The notes beneath the pieces are model-generated. The model worked only from the letters and a program-made list of their open reading frames with translations. It was not told the DNA's origin and did no database searches. Below are positions 12,297-24,244 of a stretch of DNA of 64,000 nt, one piece after another (position 1 is the first letter of the stretch; each line of letters opens with the position of its first letter). The position numbers were made by a program, and so were the translations under genes. Source of the DNA: an uncultured delta proteobacterium. Its GTDB lineage: Bacteria; Desulfobacterota; Desulfobacteria; Desulfobacterales; Desulfatirhabdiaceae. The stretch covers positions 32,001-96,000 of the forward strand of contig CAWBKP010000004.1 of NCBI GenBank assembly GCA_963789395.1, in the 5' to 3' direction.

Positions 12297-15200
12297 CGGA
12301 CCGGGAAATTCCCTACAATTATACTTCGGCGGATGACGGCCAGATCGTCCGGTTTCTTCTGGGGAAAAAAGCCTGGTACGCCCTTGAAAAGCTCCGCTAT
12401 CGCCGGGTCAAGGGAAAGCTGCTCAGGCTCCTGCTTCGCTTTATCGGGGACAGCTTCATTCTTTTCCGAAATCCCTTCATTTATCAGGAACTCATCGACA
12501 ATTCCCGCAGGCGGCATCATTTTCTGCGCACAGCCAAAGACGATCTGGCGGCTGTCCATGCCCATCTGACCGAGGATCCGGATGAACAGGCCATCATTGC
12601 CGCCTGCCGGTCCTTTCTGGCTGAACTGGAAATCTCGCTTTTCAGTATCCGGGAAAAGCGAAGCCGGATTCTCGCGAACGCTCGGCGCCATCATCGGCGA
12701 GAAAAATGTCTGCTTTGACCCGTTTTCCCTGATCAGCCATGCCACGGATGCCACGGACTGGCGGCTTTATCTTCCCCTTGCCGTTGTTTATCCGACCGAA
12801 GCCGCCCAGATTTCTCCCTTGCTGAAGGCGATCGCAGCTCTCAAGCTGCGGGTTGATCCCCCGCGGCGGCGGCACGGGACTGACCGGCGGCAGCGTTCCG
12901 GTCGGCGCCGACTGCATCGTGCTGAATGTCGAAAAGCTGAACCGCATTCACGGCATTTTTGAAACAGAAATTGAATATCCGGACGGATCCATCCAAAAAA
13001 CCGCGGTGATGCGGCTGGAGGCCGGGGTGATTACCGAACAGGCCATCTCCCTTGCGGCCCGAAACGGGCTGGTGTTTGCCACGGACCCCACCAGCGCCTG
13101 GGCCTCGAGCATCGGGGGAAATATCGCGGAAAACGCCGGCGGAAAAACCGCCGTGCTCTGGGGAACGGCCATCGACAACCTGCTGTCGTACCGGATCACC
13201 ATGGCCCAGGGGCAGGAGTGGACCGTCCGGCGCATGCATCACCCGCTTCGCAAAATTCTGCCCGGATGACACGGTTCTTTTTGAAATCCGCGACAGCCAC
13301 GACAACCTGCTGCGCCGGGTGTCCCTGGACGCATCCGAGATCCGGACCCCGGGTCTTGGCAAAGACATCACCAATAAAGCCCTTGCGCGGCCTTCCGGGC
13401 ATTCAGAAAGAAGGCACCGACGGCATCATCACTAGCGCGGAATTCATTCTGCATCCGGCCTATCCCCACAAGACCACCTGCTGTCTGGAGTTTTTCGGAG
13501 AAGACATGGATGAGGCCAGCCGGGTGATCGTGGACATTTCAAAAGCCTTTGTGAACCAGGGCCGGGAAGCGCTCATGGCCCTGGAGCATTTTGACGAGGA
13601 ATATGTCCGGGCCATCGCCTACCAGGTCAAGGCCCCGCGAACCCGCCTGCCAAAGGCCGTGCTCCTGATCGATATTGTCGGGCATACGGCGGAGCAGGTG
13701 GCGCAGGGAAAGGACCGCCTGACCGCGCTCTTGAAGCCCTATCCCAACACCTGTCTCTTTGTTGCCAGAGATGCGCAGGAAGCCGAGCAGTTCTGGCAGG
13801 ACAGAAAACGCCTGGGAGCGATCGCCAGCCGGACCAATGCCTTCAAGCTGAACGAGGACATCGTCCTGCCGCTGCATGCCCTGGCGGATTTTGCGATGTT
13901 CGTGGATGGGTTTAACGGCGAGGAGGATCGCTACAACCAGAAAACCGTTGTCTGGCAGATCGGCGCGGTTCTGGAAGCGCTGGAAGCCACGGAAGATCCC
14001 CAGTGGCTGAGCGACCGGCTGGCGCCGGCCAGGGAGTTGTGCCGGCAGGCCATCGACCTTCTGGAATTTGCCGGCAAGGACGCGCTTCGGGAGGAAAAAC
14101 ACCTCCAGCATCTGATCGGCGAGCTGGAGGGGCTGTTTCACGGAAATCCCGTCTGCGGCCGGATTCGGGAGCAGCGCACGGAGGTTCGCCGCAGGCTGAT
14201 CATTATCGCCACCCACATGCATGCCGGCGACGGAAATGTTCATGTCAATATTCCGGTATTTTCCAATGACCGGGACATGATGATCCGGGCCGCGGAAACC
14301 GCGGACGCGGTGATGGCCAAGGCCGTGGAGCTGGAAGGCGTGGTCAGCGGGGAGCACGGCATCGGCTTTACCAAGCTGAAATACCTGGATTCCGCAAAAA
14401 CTGAAAGATCTGGCCGATTACCGAAAACAGGTGGATCCGGAAGGCATCATGAATCCCGGAAAACTGGATGATCTGGAAATTCCCGAAAAAGTCTTTGCCT
14501 CATCCTTTAACCTGCTGGGGCTTGAAGCCAGAATTCTCCGGCACGGATCTCTGGAAATCCTGGCTGAAAAAATCTCCAAATGCATCCGCTGCGGCCGGTG
14601 CAAGCCGGACTGCTGCGTGTTTTCTCCGGCGGAAAATCTTTTTTTTCATCCCCGGAACAAGAACCTGGCCATCGTATCCCTGATCGAAGCCATGCTCTAT
14701 GACGCCCAGCGATCCCATTCGACCCGCTTTGAGCTCCTGCATTATCTGGAAGAAATCGCGGACCACTGCACCATCTGCCATAAATGCCGGCCGCCCTGTC
14801 CGGTCGGCATCGACACCGGCGAGATCTCCATTCTGGAGCGGGAAATTCTGGAAACCCTGCGATACAAGCACACGTCTCTGGCCACCCGGCTGACGCTTTC
14901 CTATCTGGAAAGCCGGTCCGGGGCGACCAACCGGGTGATGCGAAAGTCATTGGCCCTGGGGGCCCGGATTCAGCGCACGGGACACCGGCTGCTGACTGCA
15001 ATGCCCCCGTCCTTTGAACAGCGCCTTCCGGGGCTATCCTACCTGCGTTCGCCGGTGACGCCCCTGTCCAGGGGAACGCTCCGGGATGTGCTTCCCGCAT
15101 CCGGATGGAATCACAGCCTGTGCATCGAACCCATGGAGCCCGCGGCCTTTACGGTGTTTTATTTTCCGGGCTGCGGCTCGGAAAGGCTGTTTTCAAACAT

Positions 15201-15897
15201 TTCCATTGCCGCCATTTATATGCTGTTAAAGTCACAAACCCGCGTGGTGCTGCCGCCCGCCTTTTTATGCTGCGGATATCCGGCCCAGGTGAATGCCAAG
15301 TCCGCTGTCCAGGGCAGACAGGTGCTGCAAAACGCCATTATCTTCAGCCAGATCCGGGAAATGCTGGGATATCTTTCCTTTGACGCCTGCGTGGTGAGCT
15401 GCGGCACCTGCCGGGAGGCCCTGCAGCAGATGGACATGCAGCAAATTTTCGGCTGCGGCATTCACGATGTCTGCGGCTTTGTGCTGAAAACCGGCGTAAA
15501 AATCGACGCCGGCGAAACCTGTCTCTATCACCGGCCCTGCCATGATTCCCTGGACGCTCAGGGCGAAGCCCTGCTTGAAACCTGCGGATACCGCGTCACC
15601 CCGGTTCCCCACTGCTGCTCCGAAGCCGGAACCCTTTCCCTGAGCCGGCCGGATATTTCAAACGCCATGCTGGCGCGAAAACAGCGGGCATTGTCCGGAA
15701 TCATCGGCGATTCCGGCTACTCAGGCATCAAACTGCTCACCCACTGCCCCTCCTGCCTCCAGGGGCTCGGCAGAAATGCGAATATGAACATGATCCCCCG
15801 GCACATGACCGAAGAGCTGGCCATTCAAATCGGCGGAAAAGACTGGGAAAAAGAAGCCAGGCGGCTGGTTCAAAACGCGGAGCGCATCATTTTTTAA
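12293..15897 (+). CDS. Large FAD-linked oxidoreductase fused to Fe-S/CCG domains (GlcD/GlcF-like), several frameshifts
   Basis: HATDATDWR, RGGGTGLTGG, SIGGNIAENAGG, HMHAGDGNVH, SGEHGIG, CIRCGRC, CTICHKCRPPCP, CCGYP, CCSEAG. Confidence 0.85.
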
Positions 15898-16044
15898 TGG
15901 TCCGCATCACTGTCTCCGATCCAACGCGAACCGGCGATCCCGACAGTTCTCCGAAATCATTTCCTGTAACCCAATTCCTTTTTCGGGTTCATCACTGATC
16001 AGAGATTTCCATAATCTGTTTGTCTACTTCAAAGGAGTTGTGAT

Positions 16045-16224
16045 ATGAAAGAAGCACTGATATTGCTGGCGGTCGTGGCGGGTTGGTTTGTTCTTCAGGC
16101 CTATATTCTGCCGAAGCTTGGTATTTCCACCTGAATGAAAGACGCCTGTCAGGTGACAGGCAAGAAAAAGAATGTCGATCTCCCCCAAATCCAAAGATCA
16201 GACAGGATGATGATTTTGAACTGA
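16045..16224 (+). CDS. Putative small membrane selenoprotein (59 aa; UGA 16132-16134 read as Sec)
   Basis: AAGGAG RBS; MKEALILLAVVAGWFVLQAYILPKLGIST-U-MKDACQVTGKKK...; hairpin GCCTGTC-AGGT-GACAGGC 9 nt after UGA. Confidence 0.65.
16144..16161 (+). promoter_or_regulatory. Bacterial SECIS-like hairpin
   Basis: Perfect 7-bp stem, AGGU loop beginning 16 nt after in-frame UGA. Confidence 0.65.
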
Positions 16225-16787
16225 TCCAGGCGATCAACGCCGGAGAGTCCGAACTGTTTCCGGAACTGGTCCGGCGCTATGAACGGAAACTGTATAATTT
16301 CGGCATGCGCATGTGCCGGGATGTTCAGGATACCGAAGACATGGTTCAGGACACGTTTATCAATGTCTTCAAATATCTGAAGGATTTTCGATATGAAACC
16401 AAATTCAAGAACTGGCTCTACCGCATTGCCACCAGCACCTGCCTGAAGAAAAAGAGAAAATCCAAATACGCGCCGGAAAGAGAGCTGTCTCTGGATGAGT
16501 TCATTCCCGATGAAAACGCCGAGATTCCGGTGCAGGTGCCGGGCTGGGCCTCCATCCCGCTGGATCAGCTCCTGAATGAAGAGCTTTCCGCCGTCATCAA
16601 AGAAGGCGTTGCATCACTTCCGGAAAAATACCGGCTGGTCCTGGTGCTGCGGGACATGGAAGGATTCAGCACCGCGGAAACCGCCCAGGTTCTGGGCCTG
16701 ACAACCGAAAACATCAAGGTAAGACTCCATCGGGCGCGTCTTTTCCTGAGAGAAAAACTCAAAACCTATTATGACCATGGCGCATGA
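16172..16787 (+). CDS. ECF sigma-70 factor (start uncertain)
   Basis: LVRRYERKLYNF, DTEDMVQDTF, FKNWLYRIA, LPEKYRLVLVLRDMEGFSTAETA, VRLHRARLFLRE. Confidence 0.9.
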
Positions 16788-17046
16788 TCACAACCGCAAA
16801 GACTGTCTGGCAATGTTCGCCAAATTGTCCGAATACCTCGACAATGAGCTGGACGAGCTGACCTGCAAAGACATTGAAGACCATGCCAGGGACTGTATTC
16901 CCTGCAAGGCCTGCCTGGAAACCCTCCGGCAGACCATCGGCTTGTGCCGGTCTCTGGCGCCGGACGAAAAACCGGTGCCCGAAGCATTTTCAAATCAGCT
17001 GAAAGCGCTGATTCAGAAACTGTCCCGCGAGAAAACAGCCGACTGA
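16777..17046 (+). CDS. Zinc-binding anti-sigma factor (zf-HC2/ZAS)
   Basis: DC...LSEYLDNEL...HARDCIPC (HxxxCxxC); overlaps sigma stop. Confidence 0.85.
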   Translation: MAHDHNRKDCLAMFAKLSEYLDNELDELTCKDIEDHARDCIPCKACLETLRQTIGLCRSLAPDEKPVPEAFSNQLKALIQKLSREKTAD

Positions 17047-17079
17047 TCTTCCCGTTGGTTTTTGCATCCACAAACCGAT

Positions 17080-17941
17080 TTAACCTGCCGCCAGTGCGAT
17101 GACCCCGACGACGATCGCAACCGCAGCCGGCAGCCTCCGGCGGATATCCTCCTCAGCCAGGAGACGTGATCCCATCACCGCGGCGATCAAAATGCTCACC
17201 TCCCGGGCCGGGGCAATGTAGCTGACGGGTGCGGAGACAAGGGCCGTCAGGACCATGATGTAAGACAGCGGACAGAGAAGCCCCACCCCGATGGCTTCTT
17301 TTCTGTGAATCCGCCACTCTTTCCGAACATCTCCCCATTTCCGGAAAGCCACCGGAGCAAGCATGATCACGCGGCCCAGGTTCGTGCAGTAATCCTGAAG
17401 CAGGGGAGGGATCATGAGGGTGCTGACGGCATATTTGTCCCAAAGGGTATAGGCGGCAATGATGATTCCGGTGAGCAGCCCGTACCCCACCCCCCGCTTG
17501 CGACTCCCCCTGAAACCACCCGAGCCCCCGGACAGGAAAAAAACGCCTGCCGCAACCAGAAAGGCGCCCAGGAGGGCCAGAGCGCTTGGCCTCTCCCCCA
17601 GAAACAGGATTGCGACCAGCGTGGCGATGGTGGGTCCGGTCCCGCGTGCAAGCGGATATACCAGGGATAAATCTCCCTCCCGATACCCTTTCTGGAGGAT
17701 CAGAAAATAGGCCAGGTGGATCAAGGCGCTGCCGACCATGAAAACGAGCTGGAGGGGGCCGATATCCGGTTTTTGCCAGAAAAAAACAACGAGGGCCACC
17801 GGGGCATAAAAAACGCGATGAGATTGCGGCAAAGAGCCAGACAAAAGCGGCGCCGCCGTCTCCTGCCCGTTTGGCAAGATAGTTCCACGTGGCATGAATG
17901 AACGCGGCGGCAAGAACCAGTCCAAAAGCGAATGCAGTCAC
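17080..17941 (-). CDS. DMT/EamA-family permease (frameshift near N-terminus)
   Basis: AAFIHATWN, GDLSLVYPLARG, YTLWDK, APAREVSIL; multiple TM segments. Confidence 0.85.
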
Positions 17942-17978
17942 AGCGCCTGCCTGAGTTGCTGTTTCAGAGGATCTCCGG

Positions 17979-18344
17979 TCATGTCAATTCAGACGAAATT
18001 TGCCAGAACTCGATCCGGGTTCCTTCCGGGTCAAAGAGATAAAAAACACGGGCGCCCCAGGGATGTTTTTGGATTGGCGTCGGCGCTAACCCGTTTTTCT
18101 GGACATCCGCCCATGCTCTTTCGATCCGGTCGACTTCCCATGACAGGGTGATGCCTTTTCCGCGGGAAGTCTTGATGGATGCGCGTTTTTCGTTCGCAAT
18201 GCTGAGCCGGGTCGACTCGTTCAGGGAAAACTCCACAAACCAGTCCGTGGAAAAGGTGACCGGCAGCTTTAATCGGTCCCGGTAAAACCGGACCGTATCT
18301 TCCCATTTACTGCAATAGAGAATCGTATTGGCGGATTTAATCAT
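17979..18344 (-). CDS. VOC/glyoxalase-family protein
   Basis: NTILYC...VRFYRD.L...HPWGARVFYLFDPEGTRIEF. Confidence 0.8.
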   Translation of the reverse strand: MIKSANTILYCSKWEDTVRFYRDRLKLPVTFSTDWFVEFSLNESTRLSIANEKRASIKTSRGKGITLSWEVDRIERAWADVQKNGLAPTPIQKHPWGARVFYLFDPEGTRIEFWQISSELT

Positions 18345-18379
18345 GAATCGTCCCTCGTGAAGCGTAAACGGTAAAGCGG

Positions 18380-19618
18380 CTATGGCAGGGCCTCGGGTTT
18401 TAAAATGAGAAAATACATCTCCCCCCGGTGCTGAAGGTGTCCGGCGGCCAGTTCCGCGTAAGGGCCGTTGCCCCAGAAAATATCCGCCCGGCCAGGACCG
18501 ATAATGGCGCCGCCGGTATCCTGATTCAGGGCGAATCTCCCGAAATCTTCCCAGGTTCCGAGCTGCACCTGCTTCGGTCATGACGGGTTTTTGCGTCTGA
18601 ATGTACATCAGAGCGGCGGGCGGAAAGATTTTTTTGTCAACGGCGATCGAGCGGCCCGGGGTCAGCGGCACATTCAGGTTTCCCAGGGGGCCGTCTGTTT
18701 CGGTTTTAAAAAAGACATAGCTGGGATTGGCGCTTAAAATTGCTTCCTGCTCCTCGGGATGGGATTTTAAATAGGCGCGAATGGCCTGCATGGAGATTTC
18801 CGATTTGGGAATTTTTCCCTGATCGATCAGCACCTTGCCGATGCTCCGGTAAGGATGCCCATTGGTGGCATGGTAGTGGACGTTCAGGGTTTTGCCCTGA
18901 TCCAGCAGTATTTTCCCGGACCCTTGGATGTGCAGGAAAAACAGATCCACCGGATCACTGACCCAGGCCAGGGCCTGGCCTTTGAAGATTTTCCGGTTTT
19001 CGATGGTTTTGCGGTCATAATAGGGAACAAGGGTCTGGCCCGTATACCGGCCGGTGATGGTTTCTCCCGCATATTTGGCGGAAAACGCCGACAGGTCAAC
19101 GGTAATCAGATCGTCGGGCCGGCTGTAGATGGGATAGCGGTAAAGGGGCGTTTCCTTGAGGCTTCCCTTTAATACCGGCTCGTAATAGCCGGTAAAGAGC
19201 ACTTTTTCGGAAGACCCGCCGGCCCGGTAAACAACAAAATCTCTTCGAACCCTTTCATTGATTTGATCCGCAGAGGGCCTGGTTTGAATGAATTCCTGAA
19301 ACACCTCAAGAGACCGGATCAGATGGGCCGCGGTGTAGGAATCCGCGCCAAAAGCAAAGGCGCGGTCCTTGGGAACTTTTTTTAAATACGTCAGACTCAT
19401 TTGAATGCAGTGATTCAGCCCCTCATAATTCAAATCATCGGATAGCGCCGGATATGCCGAAGGGGACAGTTTGACAAGGGCCGGCGGGGCCTCAACAACG
19501 GTTGGGGCCTTGACGGGCGCACATCCGGAAAGGAGCAGGACCACCCCACGACAATCCGTGACAGGTTAATCCATATACTTTGTTCGATATTGTTTTTGAC
19601 AGACCCCTTTGTCTTCAT
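18380..19618 (-). CDS. mltA: Membrane-bound lytic transglycosylase A (frameshifted)
   Basis: Lipobox LLSGC; FTGYYEP, FFLHIQGSG, NPSYVFF, RSIAVD, QDTGGAIIGPGRADIFWG. Confidence 0.9.
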
Positions 19619-19654
19619 TCCTCGTCTCCCTGGATGATCTGAACCGGTCTTTTT

Positions 19655-20698
19655 TCAACCAAAGCCCCATTGGCCAGATGTCGCACTGCCTTTGGCCGAA
19701 ACGCCAAGATCCGTAAATCTTCTGCATGCGGGAAGCACCCGCTTTTCATAAGAGCCGACCAGTTGATTATAGGTGGCCACGCAGCGGTCGATGTCCTTTC
19801 CCAGATGATGAAAATGGCCGGCCATGATGCAAAGCCGATCGTAGAGCTCGCATCCCATGCGATGAATTTCGCGGGCGTTGGCCTCGCCGGCTTCCTGCCG
19901 CCATCCGAAGGCGATGGTCTTTAACAGCGAAATCAGCGTGGTGGGAGTTGCCAGAATCACGCCTTTTGCCGCGCCGTATTCAATGAGGTCCGGGGCATGG
20001 GAAAGGGCGGCGCTGAAAAAATTTTCTCCGGGAATAAAGAGAACCACGAATTCCGGAGACGGCTGAAACTGCGCCCAGTAGGATTTTGCCGCCAGCTTCT
20101 GGATATGGGCCTGAACCTGCCGGGCGTGGGTTTCCAGCAGCCGCCTTTGGTCCGCATCCGTTTCCGCTTCCAGGGATTCCAGATAGGCGGAAAGGGGCGC
20201 CTTGGCGTCTATCACGATCCGGCGCTGGCCGGAAAGGGTGACGATCATGTCCGGCCGAAGCAGCCCGTCCTCCGCGGTCACGGAATTCTGCTCGACAAAA
20301 TCGCAGTGATCCGCCATGCCGGATATCTCCGCCACCCGCTTTAACGTCATTTCCCCCCACCTGCCGCGCACATGGGGAACCCGAAGCGCCTTGGCCAGAT
20401 TGCCGGTTTCCTGGTGAAGAATGGCCTGGGTATCCATCAGGGACCGGATCTGCTCGGAAAGCCCGCCATAGGCGTTTTGCCTGGACCTTTCCATTTCCTG
20501 AATGTTGTGGTCATAGCGATCCAGCGTGTCTTTCAGGGGCTGGACAATCAGGGAGGCGATTTCCGAGCGGTCTTCGACCAGAGACTGATAATAGCGAAAG
20601 TTCAGCCTGGCCCTGGATAAAAACCAGCCTGCCAGAAATCCGGCGAAAAGACCGGCCGCAGCTCCGCCAAAAAAAATGATGAGCGTCTGGGTATTCAT
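19655..20698 (-). CDS. rmuC: DNA recombination protein RmuC
   Basis: RGRWGEMTL, LRPDMIV, IDAKAP, FVVLFIPGE, LATPTTLISLL. Confidence 0.9.
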   Translation of the reverse strand: MNTQTLIIFFGGAAAGLFAGFLAGWFLSRARLNFRYYQSLVEDRSEIASLIVQPLKDTLDRYDHNIQEMERSRQNAYGGLSEQIRSLMDTQAILHQETGNLAKALRVPHVRGRWGEMTLKRVAEISGMADHCDFVEQNSVTAEDGLLRPDMIVTLSGQRRIVIDAKAPLSAYLESLEAETDADQRRLLETHARQVQAHIQKLAAKSYWAQFQPSPEFVVLFIPGENFFSAALSHAPDLIEYGAAKGVILATPTTLISLLKTIAFGWRQEAGEANAREIHRMGCELYDRLCIMAGHFHHLGKDIDRCVATYNQLVGSYEKRVLPACRRFTDLGVSAKGSATSGQWGFG

Positions 20699-21174
20699 GA
20701 GGATCGGGTGAAGGTGCCGCTTTTTCCGCCGGCCTTTTCCAGAAGGCAGATATCGGAAATCGTCATTTCCCGGTCGGCTGCCTTGCACATGTCGTAAATG
20801 GTGAGGGCGGCAACGGATACGGCCGTCAGGGCCTCCATTTCGACCCCCGTCTGATCGATGATGCGCACGGAGGCTTCGATCCGGATGGCGCTTTTTTCCG
20901 GGTCCGGGAAAAAGTCGATCTGGGCATGCTTGATGTTCAGGGGATGACACATGGGAATCAAATCCGATGTGCGCTTGGCCCCCATGATGCCGGCGATGCG
21001 GGCCGTCTCCAGAACATTGCCTTTTTTTGCCGTCTGGTTCTGAATCATGGCAAAGGTGTCGGGCTTCATGGTGATGATTCCCTGCGCAACGGCAATTCTT
21101 AAGGTCGGCGGTTTATCCGATACATCCACCATCCGCACCCGGCCTTGTGAATCGATATGGGTAAAAGAAGACAT
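20695..21174 (-). CDS. moaC: Cyclic pyranopterin monophosphate synthase
   Basis: MVDVSDK, LIPMCHP, TGVEMEAL, YDMCKA, KAGGKSG. Confidence 0.97.
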   Translation of the reverse strand: MSSFTHIDSQGRVRMVDVSDKPPTLRIAVAQGIITMKPDTFAMIQNQTAKKGNVLETARIAGIMGAKRTSDLIPMCHPLNIKHAQIDFFPDPEKSAIRIEASVRIIDQTGVEMEALTAVSVAALTIYDMCKAADREMTISDICLLEKAGGKSGTFTRSS

Positions 21175-21367
21175 CCGTCGTTTCTCCTGAAAGGATATTG
21201 AAAAAAGGGGATTTTTCCTGGACCTTAACCTGATGGTAATTCAGATCAGGAGGATGTGACAAGTTTTTTTTCACATATCCTGAAAGAGAAGGTTTTTGAT
21301 AACCTGAAACATCCATGTTATACTCGCCGCTATGACCCTGCAGACACAACAAAGAAAGATCGTCCCC

Positions 21368-24190
21368 ATGTTTGAATCGCTTCAGGAGAGAATCGCAGGC
21401 CAGGTTTTCACGGATCCGATTCGAACCGGGCTGCTGTCCACGGACGGGAGCATTTACCGGGTCAAACCGGCGGCCGTGGTGTATCCGGCATCGGTTGAAG
21501 ACGTGATTCAAACCGTTCGCTTTGCCGGCAAGAACGGGCTTTCGGTCCATCCCCGCGGGGCCGGCAGCGGTCTGTGCGGATCCGCCCTGGGAAGCGGCAT
21601 TGTTCTGGATTTTTCAAGAAACATGAACCGCCTCCTGCATCTGGATATCCAAAACAACTGGATGGCATGCGAGCCCGGATACCGGCTGGGAGAGCTGGAC
21701 GCAGCCCTGAAGGGAAAAGGGCTTTTCTTTCCGCCCGACCCTTCCAGCGGCGAATACGCCTCGTTTGGCGGCATGTACGCCACCAACGCCAGCGGCGCGC
21801 ATTCGGTAAAATACGGCAATGTCGCCGATTACATTCTGGATGCGCAGGTCGTGCTCGGCACCGGCCAGGTGGTTGTCCTTTCCGATATCCTGGACACCCC
21901 TTACCAGAGGCTTTCCGGGCCATTTCAGAGAATTTACGATCTGTATGCCCGAAATCAGGCGGATATCGAATCCGCATATCCGGACATCCGGTGCAACACC
22001 GCAGGGTATAATCTGAGGGGTCTGGTCAGAGACGGCCGCCTGGATTTGACCCGGCTGTTTGCCGGCGCGGAAGGCACGCTGGGGATTGTCACCCGGCTGA
22101 AGTTCCGGCTTCTGCCAAAACCCGGCCATGACGCCCTGGTGGTGGCGTTTTTCACCGACATTCTCTCCTCGGCCCGCGCGGTTCAGGAAATTCTGCCGCT
22201 GGGGCCGTCCGGCATCGAGATCATGGACAAATCCCTGCTGAATCTGGCCAGGGAACACGATCCCCGGCTAAAAAACCATATTCCGGACGGCATCGACAAT
22301 GTCCTTCTCATTGAATTCGATTCGCAGACGCCTGAACCCTGCATGGACCGCTGTCATCAGGCCCAGCAGATTCTGACTGTCCCGCGGATACACGGAAAAT
22401 TCCCATATCGCCGTCACCGCCCGGGAAAAGGAAAATTTCTGGGCCGTTCGAAAGGCCGCGGTCCCGATTCTCTATAAACTGAAAGGCGAGAAAAAAATCC
22501 TGGCCCTGATTGAGGATGCCGCCGTTCCGACCGACAGGCTGGTGGACTATTTCAGGGGAATCTATGCGATACTGAACCAATGCCAGGTCTCTTTTGTGGT
22601 TTACGGGCACATTGCCAAGGGGCTGCTGCATACCCGGCCCCTGTTGAACCTGAAAGACCCGGACGATGTCAAAAAGCTGAAACCCATCGCCGATGCGGTG
22701 TTTGATCTGGTTCATTCCCTTGGCGGCGCTGTTTCCGGAGAGCATGGGGACGGCAGGCTCCGGAGCGCTTATATCCGGCGCCAGTATCCGAAAATCTTTC
22801 CGCTGTTTCTGGAAATCAAGCACCTGCTGGACCCCGAAATCCGCTTGAATCCGGACATCATCACCTCCGACAATCCGGATCAATTGGCCCAGGACCTTCG
22901 CTATGGGCCGGCTTATCATGCCGCGGACCTGCCGGAAAAGCACCTGCTGTGGCCGGAAGGGTTTCGTCAATGAAATCGAAAAATGCCACGGCTGCGCCAA
23001 ATGCACCACCGTTACTTCCGCCACGCGCATGTGCCCGGTTTATAAAGTCACCCGGGATGAATCCGCAACGCCCAGGGCAAAGGCCAACATCCTGAGAATG
23101 CTGATCAGCGGCGCCATCGATGACAGCCTGCTGTATCACGAGGCCTTTCAAGAAGTCATTTCCCGGTGCATCTCTTGCGGAAGCTGTTTTCACGAATGCC
23201 CGTCCGGCGTCAATATCCCCAAAATGGCCATGGAGGCCCGCGCAGCAGCCATTTCACGCTTTGGCGCCTCCTTTCATGAAACGCTGGTTGTCAGCACCGA
23301 GCGGGCCGGAAAGGCCGCGGGGAAATTCTCCCGCCTGCTGACGCCGTTTCTGGACATGCCGGCGGTTAAAGCTCTGGGAGAAAAAGTCACCGGCATCGCT
23401 TCGCGCCGCAGCCTGCCGCCTTTTGCCAAAAAATCTCTTTTTGAGCAGAGTCCCTTTGCTCTCCGGCAGCGGGGCACCGAGGGTTCTCTATTTTGCCGGC
23501 TGTTACGCCGGCTACCTGCGGCCGTCGATCGGCAAAGCCGCCATTTCGGTAATGTCCGTCAATGGGAATGACCGTGCTGACCCCGAAGCAGCATTGCTGC
23601 GGGCTTCCCATGCTGGCAAAAGGCATGATCCCGCAGGCCAGGGAAAGCATCGAGGCGAATTTTTCAAGCTGGGGCCGGTTGATCGCATCCGTTGATTATC
23701 TGGCGGTCTCCTGCTCCTCCTGCGGGCTGGCGCTGATGCAGGAATGGGGCTATCTGGAGGATTCCGTCTTTGTGCGAACGCGTCCGGGAAAAACTGATTC
23801 ACATCAGCCGGCTGATCAACCGCTATTCCGACCGGCTGCAAACAGCGCCGTCCCGGATGCGCCTGTTTTATCATGCCCCCTGTCATTTAAAGGCCCAGCC
23901 GGAGCCCGACAGTTCGATTCAACTGCTCCGCAGCCTCAAGGGCGCCGTCATCGAACATCCCGGCCACCCGCTGCTGCGGCATGGCCGGCGCATGGGGCCT
24001 GTCAAAGGATCATTTCGACTTGAGCCTTGCCATCGGATCGGACATGATTCAGCAGCTCAATGCCTCCCGCGCGGATGCCGGCGTAACCGACTGCCCGACA
24101 TGCGCCATGCAGATGTCCCAGTTCAGCCGCAAACCGATCCGGCATCCCGTGGAAATCATCGCCGATCATTTACGCAACCCTGCATTTTAT
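21368..24190 (+). CDS. FAD-binding (Fe-S)-binding oxidoreductase (GlcD+GlpC-like fusion), several frameshifts; end approximate
   Basis: PRGAGSGLCG, GGMYATNASG, GAEGTLG, SGEHGDG, CHGCAKC, CISCGSC..ECP, CCGLP, CCGMAG, DCPTC. Confidence 0.85.
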
Positions 24191-24244
24191 CAGAACAAGA
24201 CAGGGCATCGGATTCAGTCCCCGATTCAACCAAGGAAATGCTAC

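Noticed and set aside
15965..15993. TGTAAC...GTTCATC as an ECF autoregulatory promoter
   Set aside because: Plausible -35 but the -10 is non-canonical; too weak to call
17979..19544. Apparent MltA-glyoxalase fusion
   Set aside because: The MltA C-terminus is in another frame (18380..18568); frameshift artefact
21255..21275. TGTGA...TCACA palindrome as a CRP or Rex site
   Set aside because: An 11-nt spacer fits neither, though the homopolymer length is uncertain
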